Assembly: GCA_964016885.1 (NCBI GenBank)
Contig: OZ024749.1
Span: forward strand, 10,850,001-10,914,000
Source: Eledone cirrhosa
Taxonomy: Eukaryota
Length of the DNA: 64,000 nt
Direction: 5' to 3'
In this document: piece after piece, positions 26,359 to 38,748 of the stretch
How the letters are laid out: each line of letters starts with the position of its first letter
Numbering within the stretch: position 1 is the stretch's first letter
The notes under the pieces: model-generated
Database searches by the model: none
Told to the model about the DNA's origin: nothing
The model's input: only the letters and a program-made list of their open reading frames with translations
Program-made: the position numbers and the translations under genes

Positions 26359-26559
26359 TTAAAATAATATCATGGAAGAGTCATTTTAACCCTTCAAAGA
26401 ATGCACAAAACTGTTAATTCTTGGTTGTCAGTGATTGTGTTGCAAACTGTACAAAGAAAATTTTGCTATAAAAATGTATTGCTTTTATTGCATCTGATCA
26501 TACTGTAGATTATGGTGCATTAATGCACCAGCTTCAATGCTCAGTCATCAGAAGAAGGG

Positions 26560-27075
26560 AGGTAGGTGTAAAAGACAAACTCACTATCTTCAAATTGCTG
26601 TTCATGCCTACCCTTAACTATGGTCATAAATGATGTGTAATGGCTGATCTCAAATTCAAGTAGGTCTTTGATGTAATGTTACTTAATAGGTGCGTAGCTC
26701 AGAGATTAGAGGCTCACTCCAAGTAGAGTCACTACTTCTCTGAATTGAGACATCACAGTTCTGATATTACAGTCATGTGCTTAGAATGTCTCGGGGAAAG
26801 AATTGCTGGACAGATTTTACTAACAAAGCCAACCTACAGGAAACACAGAGGTAGACCATGAGCAAGATGGTTGATCTCACTTGGGTATTTAACCAGATTA
26901 AAATAATATCATGGAAGAGTCATTTTAACCCTTCAAAGAATGCACAAAACTGTTAATTCTTGGTTGTCAGTGATTGTGTTGCAAACTGTACAAATAATAA
27001 CATCTTCTGATAGGACCCTCTGGATGTTGTGTCTGAAGATTCTGTCCCCACGACCCTTTCGGGAATAAGTGGGCA
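26560..27075 (+). mobile_element. RTE LINE 3' fragment interrupted by a copy of nearby flank
   Basis: Matches 16950-17300; 26899-26994 duplicates 26359-26454. Confidence 0.75.
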
Positions 27076-27234
27076 TTGATATATGATAAATGTAAAGTGT
27101 ATTTAACAGTTAGTGTGTGGTTTGAAAATGACTCTTCCACGTAATTGCTTGAGAATTGTATATAATTCATAATTGACTGTGTCGTACGATCTGTGCCTAG
27201 GTTAGCTCTACAATGTGTATCTCTTTCTCCCAGG

Positions 27235-27466
27235 AATGTAACCTACCCTCTCAGCCATGTACTCTACCCTCCCAGTAATGTACCCTACACTCCCAGTAAT
27301 GTACCCTACACTCCCAGTAATGTACCCTATTCTCCCACTAATGTACCCTATTCTCCCACTGATGTACCCTATTCTCCCACTGATGTACCCTATTCTCCCA
27401 CTAATGTGCCCTATTCTCCCACTAATGTACCCTATTTTCCAAGTAATGTACCCTATTCTCCCACTA
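27235..27466. repeat. 21-bp minisatellite
   Basis: Unit aatgtaccctattctcccact, ~11 copies. Confidence 0.95.
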
Positions 27467-27794
27467 TTTGCTAAGTTGACAAACCTAGTTTTTCAGACTT
27501 TTTGCTCTGACAGCACTAAAAAAAATATTTAGTCTGTATTTTCTACTACACAGTCCACTCTCACCCAATCATGTAACAGATTATAACATCATATGACCCT
27601 GTCCACAACTGAAGATATATCTCCAACACTGTTGTATGGTGAAGATGTTTAGGCATTTATTTATTGATTGCAGGAAATTTTTATATAGTTAATACAAATT
27701 TACAAATATTTACACAAACTTATTTTAAACTGCATTCCTTTTAAGGTTCAGTAATGCACCACTGTGAGGTCTGTGTCCTAGGTGACCACCTAGA

Positions 27795-28245
27795 TCTAAA
27801 CTATAATAAAGTAAGAAGCGCGGGATTGCATACGGTTTATAATTTTTTATCCCATTAGTAAAATAAGTTGGATTACTTTGAATAAATAATGACTGAATAT
27901 TACATAATTTATCTACTAAATTTCGTGGCTGTTCATTAAATATATTTTATTATTTATTTAAAGATTCACTTCTTTAAAATTTTCAAATGTCAACACTTCC
28001 GGTGGCTTAAATAAACATTAATTTTCTGTCATTAATTTTCTCCTAATGCAGTTTATATATAATATCGTCTTTAAGTTACTGATTACATAAGAGAGTGTAA
28101 CAGTCTTCGTTCAATTTCTATATATATTGACAATTACGATTTTATTTGATGTATCATATCTACATATATATATACTTGTGTATATCAATATACACACTAC
28201 ACATGCTAGCAGAAAACCACCTGAAGGGTGGTTTTTTTCTGCTAG
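27795..28245 (+). mobile_element. Non-autonomous Helitron, second family
   Basis: A|TCTAAACTATAATAAA 5' end; 3' hairpin aaaaccacc-tgaag-ggtggtttt then CTAG|T. Confidence 0.7.
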
Positions 28246-28869
28246 TTACCTTAATAGTAGCACCGGCTTTGGTCATAATGTAAGTATTGTAAACTGGTGA
28301 TAAAACCGCAAGAATGGAAAAACTAATTTCAAGTTTTCAGTCTGGCTTTAGATGAAATAGAAATATTACTGAACAAATATTGTTAGTAAGTATATGTATT
28401 GATGCTTATAGCTCAAGAAATCACCATCTTGTAACTTTTATCAACTTTTCTAAACAGTAGCAATACAAGATGTCCCAAATTTCTATGAAGTGTCAAAGTC
28501 TGATACCAACCTTGCTTTTATTATACAAAACTGTTCAGTTTAAAGTGTTCATATTTGAATTAAAACCTTCCACGATTTTATGTATGAACTTCTTAAGTAA
28601 TGTTTCAAACAGCAGCTTAATAATGAAAAAGTTAAGCTGTGTTTATTAAATCCCTCCAAATGTTTCATTATTTTCAAAGTTAATTGAAACACATTAACTG
28701 TGTATTTCATTATAAATATGGTATCCTTTCACACTAATACCAATGCCTAGTTTTTAATCCTTTCACATGAGTGTGGGCCATCTTCAGCTGGCATACTTCA
28801 GGGAGACACACTTACGCCTTAACCTTTCATTACACACATGCACATAGTTCCTTGTTCTTCACACATCCA

Positions 28870-29168
28870 CTGATGTAAAACCTTGGACACGTCACCAATG
28901 TTGTATCTTGGAGTCACTGGGTGTTTTAGAGGGTCTTACAACATAGTCACCTTCATCCAAGTGACCCAACTACTGATGTACACATTACCTTGGACACATC
29001 ACCAATGTTGTATCTTGGAGTCACTGGGTGTTTTAGAGGGTCTTACAACATAGTCACCTTCATCCAAGTGACCCAACTACTGATGTACACATTACCTTGG
29101 ACACATCACCAATGTTGTATCTTGGAGTTACTGGGTGTTTTTTGAAGCTCATCCAGGTGACCCAACTG
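28870..29168. repeat. 107-bp tandem repeat, ~2.7 copies
   Basis: ccttggacac recurs at 28881, 28988 and 29095. Confidence 0.95.
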
Positions 29169-30489
29169 AAGTTGATTTATCCTCAATCTGTGTCTAAGTG
29201 ACATATTACTGACACTACTGGTCATTTCTCTCCAGCTACAGCCATCTGGATATCCTCTCTGTTGCTTCCACATTGTTCCTGGTGGCTCTCCACTGACATA
29301 CACTAGGTCCTCCACAAACCCTTGGCAATTTGCTCTCTTCCTTTCCTGTGCCTCTGCCATCTTCTCCTTCCAGCCAACAGCTCCACTTGATTGAACTGTC
29401 TTGTTACCTGAAAAACTAATCCCTGCAAACACTTTAAAATGGACAGTTTTATCACAGAACCAGAGCTAGTTTCAGGCAAGTTGATATTAAAAGAGTTAAC
29501 TCTTAACATCCTGTACCATATGAAACCTTATTAGCTAGACATTCTTGACAAGTACAAAGCAGTACTATGACTGCATTACAAAAAAAATCTAAAGTGCTGA
29601 CTCTAATACCATAAACATTTGAATTAACAGCTCCGTTTTTAGAGATTTTCTACTAAATCATTACAAATTGTTAAAAGATAAAATAGTGAAAGAAAGGGAA
29701 GATATTTTGAGTGAGGGCTTTTGACTCTCCTGTGACCATATCTAACTGTATCTTCAATAATAAAAAAAAAATAAAAATAAAAAAAAAGATATAAGATTGA
29801 ATAAAAGCATAAAACAAATTTCTCTTGCAAAATCTCATGTTGAATCTTATCTGCCAGTTCATTTATTTTCTGAATAATGTTTAAGGTGTCCTTAGAGATT
29901 CAAACAAGAATCAAAGATGCTATCAGGCTTAATTCTTTTATTCTTTGACAGGAATTTAGCTTAAACTGTTGCAAGTCATTATACATCTTTTGGGGGAGAT
30001 TTTTCTTTTGTTTTATTTTTTCAGGATCTTTTGGTTTATTCAGGATCATCTATCATTAAAAGTCATCAACATTTATTTTCTGCTGGAGTTGTCAAAAAAA
30101 AAAAAAAAATTCTAAATTTCATCTTTGCAGAAGTTATTGAAATGGCATGAAATTTGTAAAGTAATTTCTTGATAACATCTCTCTAGTTACTGTCCTTATG
30201 GAGTTTGTGTCTAATGGTCTCATTCTCTCGTTTGATTCGACCAAATTATCTGAAAAAGGAAAAAAGGAAAATAAAAAGAAGTTTCAAACAAAATAAAAAT
30301 AAGAAAATATTTTAGGTGGTTCTAAACATTATTCTAAAAGAAAATGCTGGAATCATAAATTTCCCACTTAATTATCATTGTATTTGAAGCTGTCTAAAAT
30401 ATAATAATAATAATAATAATAATAGTAATCATAATTCTTTATTTATTTATTATTTTTATTTATTTATTTATTATTTTTATTGATGATGA

Positions 30490-30642
30490 TAATAATAATA
30501 ATGATTTCTTTATTGGCCACAAGGGCTGACATCAAGAAAAACATTATAGACGGCACAGGACGGTACAGGATGGTACAATGTGGGTTTTGTGCGTGTAAAG
30601 ATTTTTATTATTTATATAAGAAAAGAAAAAAAAAGACATAGA

Positions 30643-30699
<57 letters not shown>

Positions 30700-30878
30700 A
30701 ATAAAAATGAAAATTGAAACAATGAAAAATTCCCCAATAGTGGGGAAACCTCTGAGGGTTACTCGTGGCGAAAACCACACAAAAGAACATGGCTACCCTG
30801 ACCACCAGGGCAAGCATCCTCTCTTCAATTTTTGCATTTCTCAAACTACAGGCGTATATTCAGAGCGGTCCCGTTCAC
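30490..30878 (-). mobile_element. Short 5'-truncated Tx1/L1-group LINE (last codons and 3' UTR)
   Basis: Ends VNGTALNIRL*, homologous to VNGPTLCMRL* of the adjacent copy; AATAAA and (ATT)n tail on the minus strand. Confidence 0.75.
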
Positions 30879-31915
30879 TTTATTAACCACAAGTAAGACA
30901 TTAAAGACAATACAGGACAATACAGGACGGTATAAATGGGCATTTCTGCTTGTAAAAAAAACAAACAGAGGATGTAACAAAAAAAGAAACAATGAAAAAT
31001 TCCCCAATAGGGGGGAGACTTCTGAGGGACATTCGTGGAGAAAGCCCATTAAAAAAAGCTACGGTGACCCTGACCACCAGGGCAAGTGCTCTCTCCCAGT
31101 TTTCCACCTTCAATTTACAGGCGCATACACAGTGTAGGCCCATTCACTTGGGTCATGCTTGCCTCTCTCACCCATCTTTCAACAAAATGCTGGGAAGAGA
31201 GTACTTCCCTCTCTACCCTGATTTTCCTTTTCAAATGAAATTTGAAAAAGTTAATCAGGGCATCACCAAAGAGGTAAGTGCTCGTCTTCAGCCCTTTCAA
31301 ACGCATCCACAGCACTATCTCTTTCGCCATGGCCACCAGACAGATAAAAACTGCCTGCCCTTCCTGGCTAAAGGAAGAGGGCGGGGCAATCCTCACGATG
31401 GACTCAGCTGATAGCCGGATCCGTTCTACATGCGACAGCAGGTGTTCGACATAAACCCACAAGTCAGCAATGCTCGGACACTGGACGAATGTGTGCAGGA
31501 CGGTTTCGTCACCCTGTGTGCATCTCAGCACTTCCATGCCTGTAGAGTTTATCCCGAACTGGCAAAGCTGCTCGGTAGCACTGCCAGGCCAGGGATTTCT
31601 GGAAGTTGTTCATAGACCCCGACCCGAAAGTTCTCCCGAACAGATTGGCTAGTTAATTTTCGTCGACGCCCAGAGTTTCCCCAAGTACGTCGTCATTCTT
31701 CCCCTCCACTAATGCTCTATAGGGCGCCGAGGTGGAGTTTCCACCGATCGCATTGCCCGACTGGTTGAGGACTGTGAGCGCCTGAAGACCTTCCAGTCTC
31801 CAAGCACTCCGTCTCAGTCTTCGCTTGACCCAGGACTGCAGCTCCGTCAAGGAGACGAGCTGGGGAAACACATGTCTAGCAAACAACGACCACACCTGAT
31901 CACCGTTGAATGATT
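30879..31915 (-). mobile_element. Tx1/L1-group LINE ORF2 3' fragment
   Basis: ORF 31115-31537 RC..ETVLHTFVQC..LW is the degenerate L1/Tx1 CCHC zinc-binding region; 3' UTR present. Confidence 0.85.
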
Positions 31916-32369
31916 TAATAAACTTACAGAAAGAAAAAAAGGAAGCAGTAAGAGTAGAAAAAGAGGTGAGAGGGAGGAGAGAGAGGGGAGAGAGGTGAGA
32001 AAAGAAGAGAGAGGGGAGAGAGTGAGAGAAGAGTGAGGGGAGAGAGTGAAATAGAGGAGAGAGGGAGAGTGGGGAGAGGGAGAGCAAAGGGCAAAGAGAG
32101 AAATAAAGTAAAACAAAGAAAAGTGGGTGAAATATAAAAATAATAAAAAAGTGAAGAGTTAATCAACTTCATTTAAACAGAAATATAAAACAATAAAATC
32201 AAAAATTCAAAAATAAAAAATAAACAAAATCATCCAAAAAAGTCTGAAGCAATTATTTGATAAAAAGAGAAACATTGAAAAACTTTTTACTGTTAACATC
32301 AAAGAACATTAGTTTTTCTGATGTAGACTTTCACATAATGCATAGCACACTCCTCCTTCCTCTTCTCAC

Positions 32370-33845
32370 TACCCCCCCTCCTTACTATCATCATTACCAT
32401 TGTTGCTACCACCCTCATCACTACCACCACCACCATGTTCATTGCTACCCCCCCCCCCCCCCATTACTACTATCATTACCCCCACCACCACTATCATCAC
32501 TGCTATCCCACCACCATCACCATCACTGCTACCATCTCCATCACCACCACCACCATCAGCACCACCACCATCACTGCTATCCCACCACCATCACTGCTAC
32601 CATCTCCAGCACCACCACCATCACCACCACTACCAGCACCACCACCATCACTGCTATCCCACCACCATCACTGCTACCATCTCCATCACCACCACTACCA
32701 GCACCACCACCATCACTGCTATCCCACCACCACCACTACCAGCACCACCACCATCATTGCTATCCCACCACCATCACCACCACTACCAGCACCACCACCA
32801 CCACCACCACCGCCATCCCACCACCACCACCATTGCTATCCCACCACCACCACCACCATTGCTATCCCACCACCACCACCACCACTGCTATCCCACCACC
32901 ACCCCACCATCACCATCTCCATCACCACCACCATCACTGCTATCCCACCACCACCCCACCATCACCATCTCCATCTCCACCACCATCACTGCTACCATCT
33001 CCATCACCACCACTACCAGTACCACCACCATCATTGTTATCCCACCACCACCACCACCATTGCTACCCCACCACCACCATCACTGCTACCATCTCCATCA
33101 CCACCACCACTACCAGCACCACCACCATCATTGCTATCCCACCACCATTGCTACCCCACCACCACCATCACTGCTACCATCTCCATCATCACCACCACCA
33201 CCACCACCATCATTGCTATCCCACCACCACCACCATCACTGCTACCATCACCACCACTACCAGCACCACCACCATCATTGCTATCACGCCCATAACTACT
33301 ATCACCCCCCCCCCCCCATCACCACCATCATTGCAGCCCCCTCCCATCACTACTATCAACACTACCACCATTATCATCATCACCACCACCACTATCATCA
33401 TCATCACCACCACCACTATCATCATCATCACCACCACCACTATCATCACCATAACCACCACCACTATCATCACCATAACCACCACCACTAGCATCATCAC
33501 CATCACCACCACCAACACTATCATCATCACCACCACTATCATCATCACCACCAATATCATCACCACCACTATCATCACCATCACCACCACCAACACTATC
33601 ATCATCACCACCACCAGCACTATCATCATCACCACCACCACCACTATCATCATCACCACCACCATCATCACCACCACTATCATCACCACCACCATCACCA
33701 ACACTATCATCACCACCACTACCATCACCACCACTATCATCACCACCACTACCATCACCACCACTATCATCACTACCACCATCACTACCACCATCATCAC
33801 CACCACCATTACAATCCCTACCACCACCACCATCATCATCATCAA
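32370..33845. repeat. Compound CAC/CAT-rich low-complexity repeat
   Basis: Direct observation; subunits such as caccaccatcactgctatcc. Confidence 0.97.
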
Positions 33846-35310
33846 TGTCCCCCATCTGGAACCTGTAGGACAGGTCTTTAAATATGTTAAATGTTTAATT
33901 GTTCAATGACCTCAACCACATGAAACAACATTAGCAAGACATTCTTGAAAAGTACAAAACAACACTACAACTGCGTCACATAAAAAATGAAAGTCTTTAC
34001 TGCGAATCTTTACAACAACCTGTCCACTGGTAAAGATGTTATAAAAATTTGAATTGATAAACCTATTTTTAGATATTTTTCTGTCAAATCTACAAAAGAG
34101 GTTAAGCGTTAACTCTGTCCACTCATAAATATACTATAAACATTTGAATTAACAAAGCAGCTTTTAGATATTTTCTTCTAAGTCATTACAGGATGTTAAG
34201 GGATAATAGAGAGGAATAACTGTTAGATTCACAGCACTAAATCATAAGTTTGAAACATTGAATCTCTGAAAGATCTAAAATAATTAGAGATCTTACCTTT
34301 TCATCAAAGTGTTTGTAATAAAAGACATTGCCCATCATTTTCAAATAATTTCGAAGATAATCAAGAATTTAGAGGGATTTAGTAATATAACTTTCTCATT
34401 ATTAAGTTGGTGTTTGGAACATAACTTAACAAATATTCTTATATTAAATTGTGATGTATAATATGGGCAGTTCCAGGCAGTTTTGTTTTACTGGATGAGG
34501 CCATGCTCGGGCCCTGCATTAGAGGTTTTTTTCTAATGGAAAGGTATATCGATATAAATGTAGTAGTCTTGGACAAAGAAAAATATGGGTCAACAGTGGA
34601 AGATCTTTGATCATAAGTCTGTTGAATAAAAGTTGAACAATGATAGAATCTTAACTACTGATGGTCAGTTATAAGATACAAACTGTTAACCTTCAGCTGG
34701 TCCATTGATATTGTAGCAATGAAGTGAGAAGTTTCAAACTCCAGGGAAATTGGGGGAGAAAATTGGATATCAACTGTCAAATGTATTGTAATATATATTA
34801 TTGTACATAAATTAAGTCAAATGAAATTATTATCATTGTATTTTTTTTTTTATGTGTGTATATATGTATGTGTGGGGGACATGGAAATACACGGTTTGGT
34901 GCCTGAGTGCATGGTTAGCCCACTGGGAGTGGGAGACCCTTAGTTTTTGTTAAGACATCATTTGAGGAGAATGAAAACTCTGATGTAAAACCTGTGACTC
35001 GGTGGCAGCCAATGATGTTGGCTTGTTCTTCTTTTTGGATATCTGTCACCATTATTCAGCGAGTGGAATTAGTTCAGTCACTCAAAAACGCTTCACAGAC
35101 ATCACTTGATCTAAACAACTTTCATGTCTGTTGCAGGAGCATGGTCTTTTTCTTTCACTGCAACATATACAGAAAGGAATCTAAGTTCTTGACAGGACTA
35201 AAAGGTCATATTCGGGCCACCCATGTACGAGAAAAAGGTCAAAAGATGGCGATTTTTGAAACCAAGATGCAGCCATTATGTATGTGTGTGTATGTATTGG
35301 TGCATCTATA

Positions 35311-35499
35311 AGGTGGATTGGCAGTATCAGGAGAGGGTCGGACGCCATGCTTTCCAGCATAGTTATGTCCCTTTACGGTCTGAGTTCAAATCATGCCAAG
35401 GTTAACTTTGCCTTTCATCCTTATGGGGTCGATAAAATAAAGTACCAGTAATGTACTGGGTAATTGCTGGCCTTGTGCCAAAAGTAGAAACAATTATTA
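35311..35499 (+). mobile_element. tRNA-derived SINE, Nin/Deu-like
   Basis: Same family as 20455; a second 5' start (gtggattggcagtatcggtaga) follows at ~35510. Confidence 0.88.
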
Positions 35500-35619
35500 C
35501 CCACATTTTGTGGATTGGCAGTATCGGTAGATAGTATGTTCAGTACATATACACTAGATATGATGCTGTCCAAGAGAATGGCAATGACCAATACAGTTTG
35601 GCACCATTTTCATCGTAAT

Positions 35620-35828
35620 TCAGTTTTTATTTGCAGCCGAGTGAAATGGAATAATATGAAATAAAGTGTCTGTCTGAAGGACACAATACACTACCTGGTC
35701 TCTGTCTGAAGGACACAATACACTACCTGGTCTCTGTCTGAAGGACACAATACACTACCTGGTCTGTGAAAGTTGACAACCATCATGATTGTGAGTCTAA
35801 ATCTCTAACCACTAAGCCATGTGCCTTC
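35620..35828 (-). mobile_element. CORE-type SINE with internal 32-bp triplication
   Basis: tctgtctgaaggacacaatacactacctggtc x3 (~35669-35764); minus-strand head atggcttagtggttagag. Confidence 0.75.
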
Positions 35829-36164
35829 ACAACTCCATATCTACAAGACTAACAGACAGACAGACTTCTAATAATGATTCATTGTGTGTGTAAAACTATT
35901 TCTAGTGTTTGATAAACAGATCAGTAACATTAATAGAAGTGGTGGTGTTGGGAAAAGTTCGATATATTCATCCGATATTGTTGATTGGCAGATATCAAAG
36001 GCTTTGCTACTATTTAGAGATCAATCATTTTGTATTGTCATAAAAGAACATAAAATGCAGATGAAATGGTTTCAAATATTCACGGGATTTATTTAGTTTT
36101 ATTCTTGCCTTTTTATTTTATTTAGTTTAGTTTTTTACAACTTTCAACCAAATCCCTACCTTCC

Positions 36165-36813
36165 ACTACCACCACCATGTTCCACCACCTCTATGCACTA
36201 CCACCATCAACATTCTCCCCATCCTCCACCACCAACCACCATCTACCACCAACACCCTCCTCCAACACCATCCACCACCATCCTCCACCAACACCATCCA
36301 CCAACACCCTCCACCAACCACACCCTCCACCAACCACTCTCCACCACCATCCACCAACCCCCACCATCCACCACCAACCACCCTCCACCACCACCAACCG
36401 CCACCACCAACCACCCTCCACCACCACCAACCGCCACCATCCAACACCGTCCACCACCAACACCCACCACCGTCCACCACCAACACCCTCCAACACCGTC
36501 CGCTAACACCAACCGTCATCCACCACCAACACCGTCCACCACCAACACCGTTCACCACCAACATCCTCCACCTCCAACACCCACCACCCTCCTCCAACCA
36601 CCATCCACCAACACCCTCCACCATCCACCAACACCATCCACCAACACCCTCCACCAACACTGTCCACCACCAACACCCTCTTCCAACACCAACCACCATC
36701 CACCACCACCACCAACCACTCTCCACAACCACCACCAACCACTCTCCACCATCCACCACCACAACCAACCACCCTCCACCACCATCCACCACCACCACTA
36801 TCATCACCACCAT
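36165..36813. repeat. CCA-rich low-complexity repeat
   Basis: Direct observation. Confidence 0.95.
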
Positions 36814-37118
36814 CAGACTGCTTGTCTAATGAAAATGTATGGAATAATCATTGACTAACGACCTTTCTGTAGCGTGTTATAAAGTGTACAACAACCTCTT
36901 TTGTATCGGTGATACAGTTAAATGCACCCAGTACACTCTGTAAGGTGATTAGTGATAGGAAGGGCATCCACTCATTGAAAAAATTCAAAAATAGGGGAGA
37001 GAATATGACGACCCCCCCCCTCTTGTGCAGGGGCCAGTAGAAAATTCCCAGCATATTCTGTAGAGTGCAGCAACGTAAAAGAGATGAAGTGGTTCCAATT
37101 AAGTGTACTGTAATGAGT

Positions 37119-38662
37119 TCCTATCAGAATGTGAGAGGGTCTAGTGAGCAGAGTATTCAGACATGCCTTCCAGAAGGTCCTATCAGAACGTGGGAGGGTC
37201 TAGTGAGCAGAGTATTCAGACATGCCTTCCAGAAGGTCCTATCAGAACGTGGGAGGGTCTAGTGAGCAGAGTATTCAGACATGCCTTCCAGAAGGTCCTA
37301 TCAGAACGTGGGAGGGTCTAGTGAGCAGAGTATTCAGACATGCCTTCCAGAAGGTCCTATCAGAACGTGAGAGGGTCTAGTGAGCAGAGTATTCAGACAT
37401 GCCTTCCAGAGGGTCCTATCAGAACGTGAGAGGGTCTAGTGAGCAGAGTATTCAGACATGCCTTCCAGAAGGTCCTATCAGAACGTGGGAGGGTCTAGTG
37501 AGCAGAGTATTCAGACATGCCTTCCAGAAGGTCCTATCAGAACGTGGGAGGGTCTAGTGAGCAGAGTATTCAGACATGCCTTCCAGAAGGTCCTATCAGA
37601 ACGTGAGAGGGTCTAGTGAGCAGAGTATTCAGACATGCCTTCCAGAGGGTCCTATCAGAACGTGAGAGGGTCTAGTGAGCAGAGTATTCAGACATGCCTT
37701 CCAGAAGGTCCTATCAGAACGTGGGAGGGTCTAGTGAGCAGAGTATTCAGACATGCCTTCCAGAAGGTCCTATCAGAACGTGGGAGGGTCTAGTGAGCAG
37801 AGTATTCAGACATGCCTTCCAGAAGGTCCTATCAGAACGTGGGAGGGTCTAGTGAGCAGAGTATTCAGACATGCCTTCCAGAAGGTCCTATCAGAACGTG
37901 AGAGGGTCTAGTGAGCAGAGTATTCAGACATGCCTTCCAGAGGGTCCTATCAGAACGTGAGAGGGTCTAGTGAGCAGAGTATTCAGACATGCCTTCCAGA
38001 GGGTCCTATCAGAACGTGAGAGGGTCTAGTGAGCAGAGTATTCAGACATGCCTTCCAGAGGGTCCTATCAGAACGTGAGAGGGTCTAGTGAGCAGAGTAT
38101 TCAGACATGCCTTCCAGAGGGTCCTATCAGAACGTGAGAGGGTCTAGTGAGCAGAGTATTCAGACATGCCTTCCAGAGGGTCCTATCAGAACGTGAGAGG
38201 GTCTAGTGAGTAGAGTATTCAGACATGCCTTCCAGAAGGTCCTATCAGAACGTGAGAGGGTCTAGTGAGCAGAGTATTCAGACATGCCTTCCAGAGGGTC
38301 CTATCAGAACGTGAGAGGGTCTAGTGAGTAGAGTATTCAGACATGCCTTCCAGAAGGTCCTATCAGAACGTGAGAGGGTCTAGTGAGCAGAGTATTCAGA
38401 CATGCCTTCCAGAGGGTCCTATCAGAACGTGAGAGGGTCTAGTGAGCAGAGTATTCAGACATGCCTTCCAGAGGGTCCTATCAGAACGTGAGAGGGTCTA
38501 GTGAGTAGAGTATTCAGACATGCCTTCCAGAGGGTCCTATCAGAACGTGAGAGGGTCTAGTGAGTAGAGTATTCAGACATGCCTTCCAGAGGGTCCTATC
38601 AGAACGTGGGAGGGTCTAGTGAGCAGAGTATTCAGACATGCCTTCCAGAGGGTCCTATCAGA
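37119..38662. repeat. 59-bp tandem array, ~26 copies, derived from an RTE 3' end
   Basis: Unit cctatcagaacgtg(a/g)gagggtctagtgagcagagtattcagacatgccttccaga(a/g)ggt; the last copy runs into RTE sequence. Confidence 0.97.
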
Positions 38663-38745
38663 AGCAACCATCTTCAAACAATACCAACCAAGCTCATGAA
38701 TATGTTATCCAACCATCTTCCTTTTGGTCTACCCCTGGCTCTCCA
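38663..38745 (-). mobile_element. RTE LINE 3' fragment
   Basis: ccaagctcatgaatatgttatccaaccatctt matches ~7117-7146. Confidence 0.75.
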
Positions 38746-38748
38746 GTC

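Noticed and set aside
30120-30170. Possible second exon after the ttgcag acceptor
   Set aside because: Short, with no convincing reading frame or donor.
32257-33909. 550-aa His/Pro/Thr-rich ORF and overlapping frames
   Set aside because: Stop-free frames are a by-product of CAC/CAT repeats; open in several frames with no splice or domain evidence.
36166-36858. Pro/Thr/His-rich and Gly/Trp/Val-rich ORFs
   Set aside because: Low-complexity CCA repeat open on both strands.
37119-38662. CRISPR-like array
   Set aside because: Units are contiguous and near-identical with no unique spacers or cas genes; derived from an RTE end.
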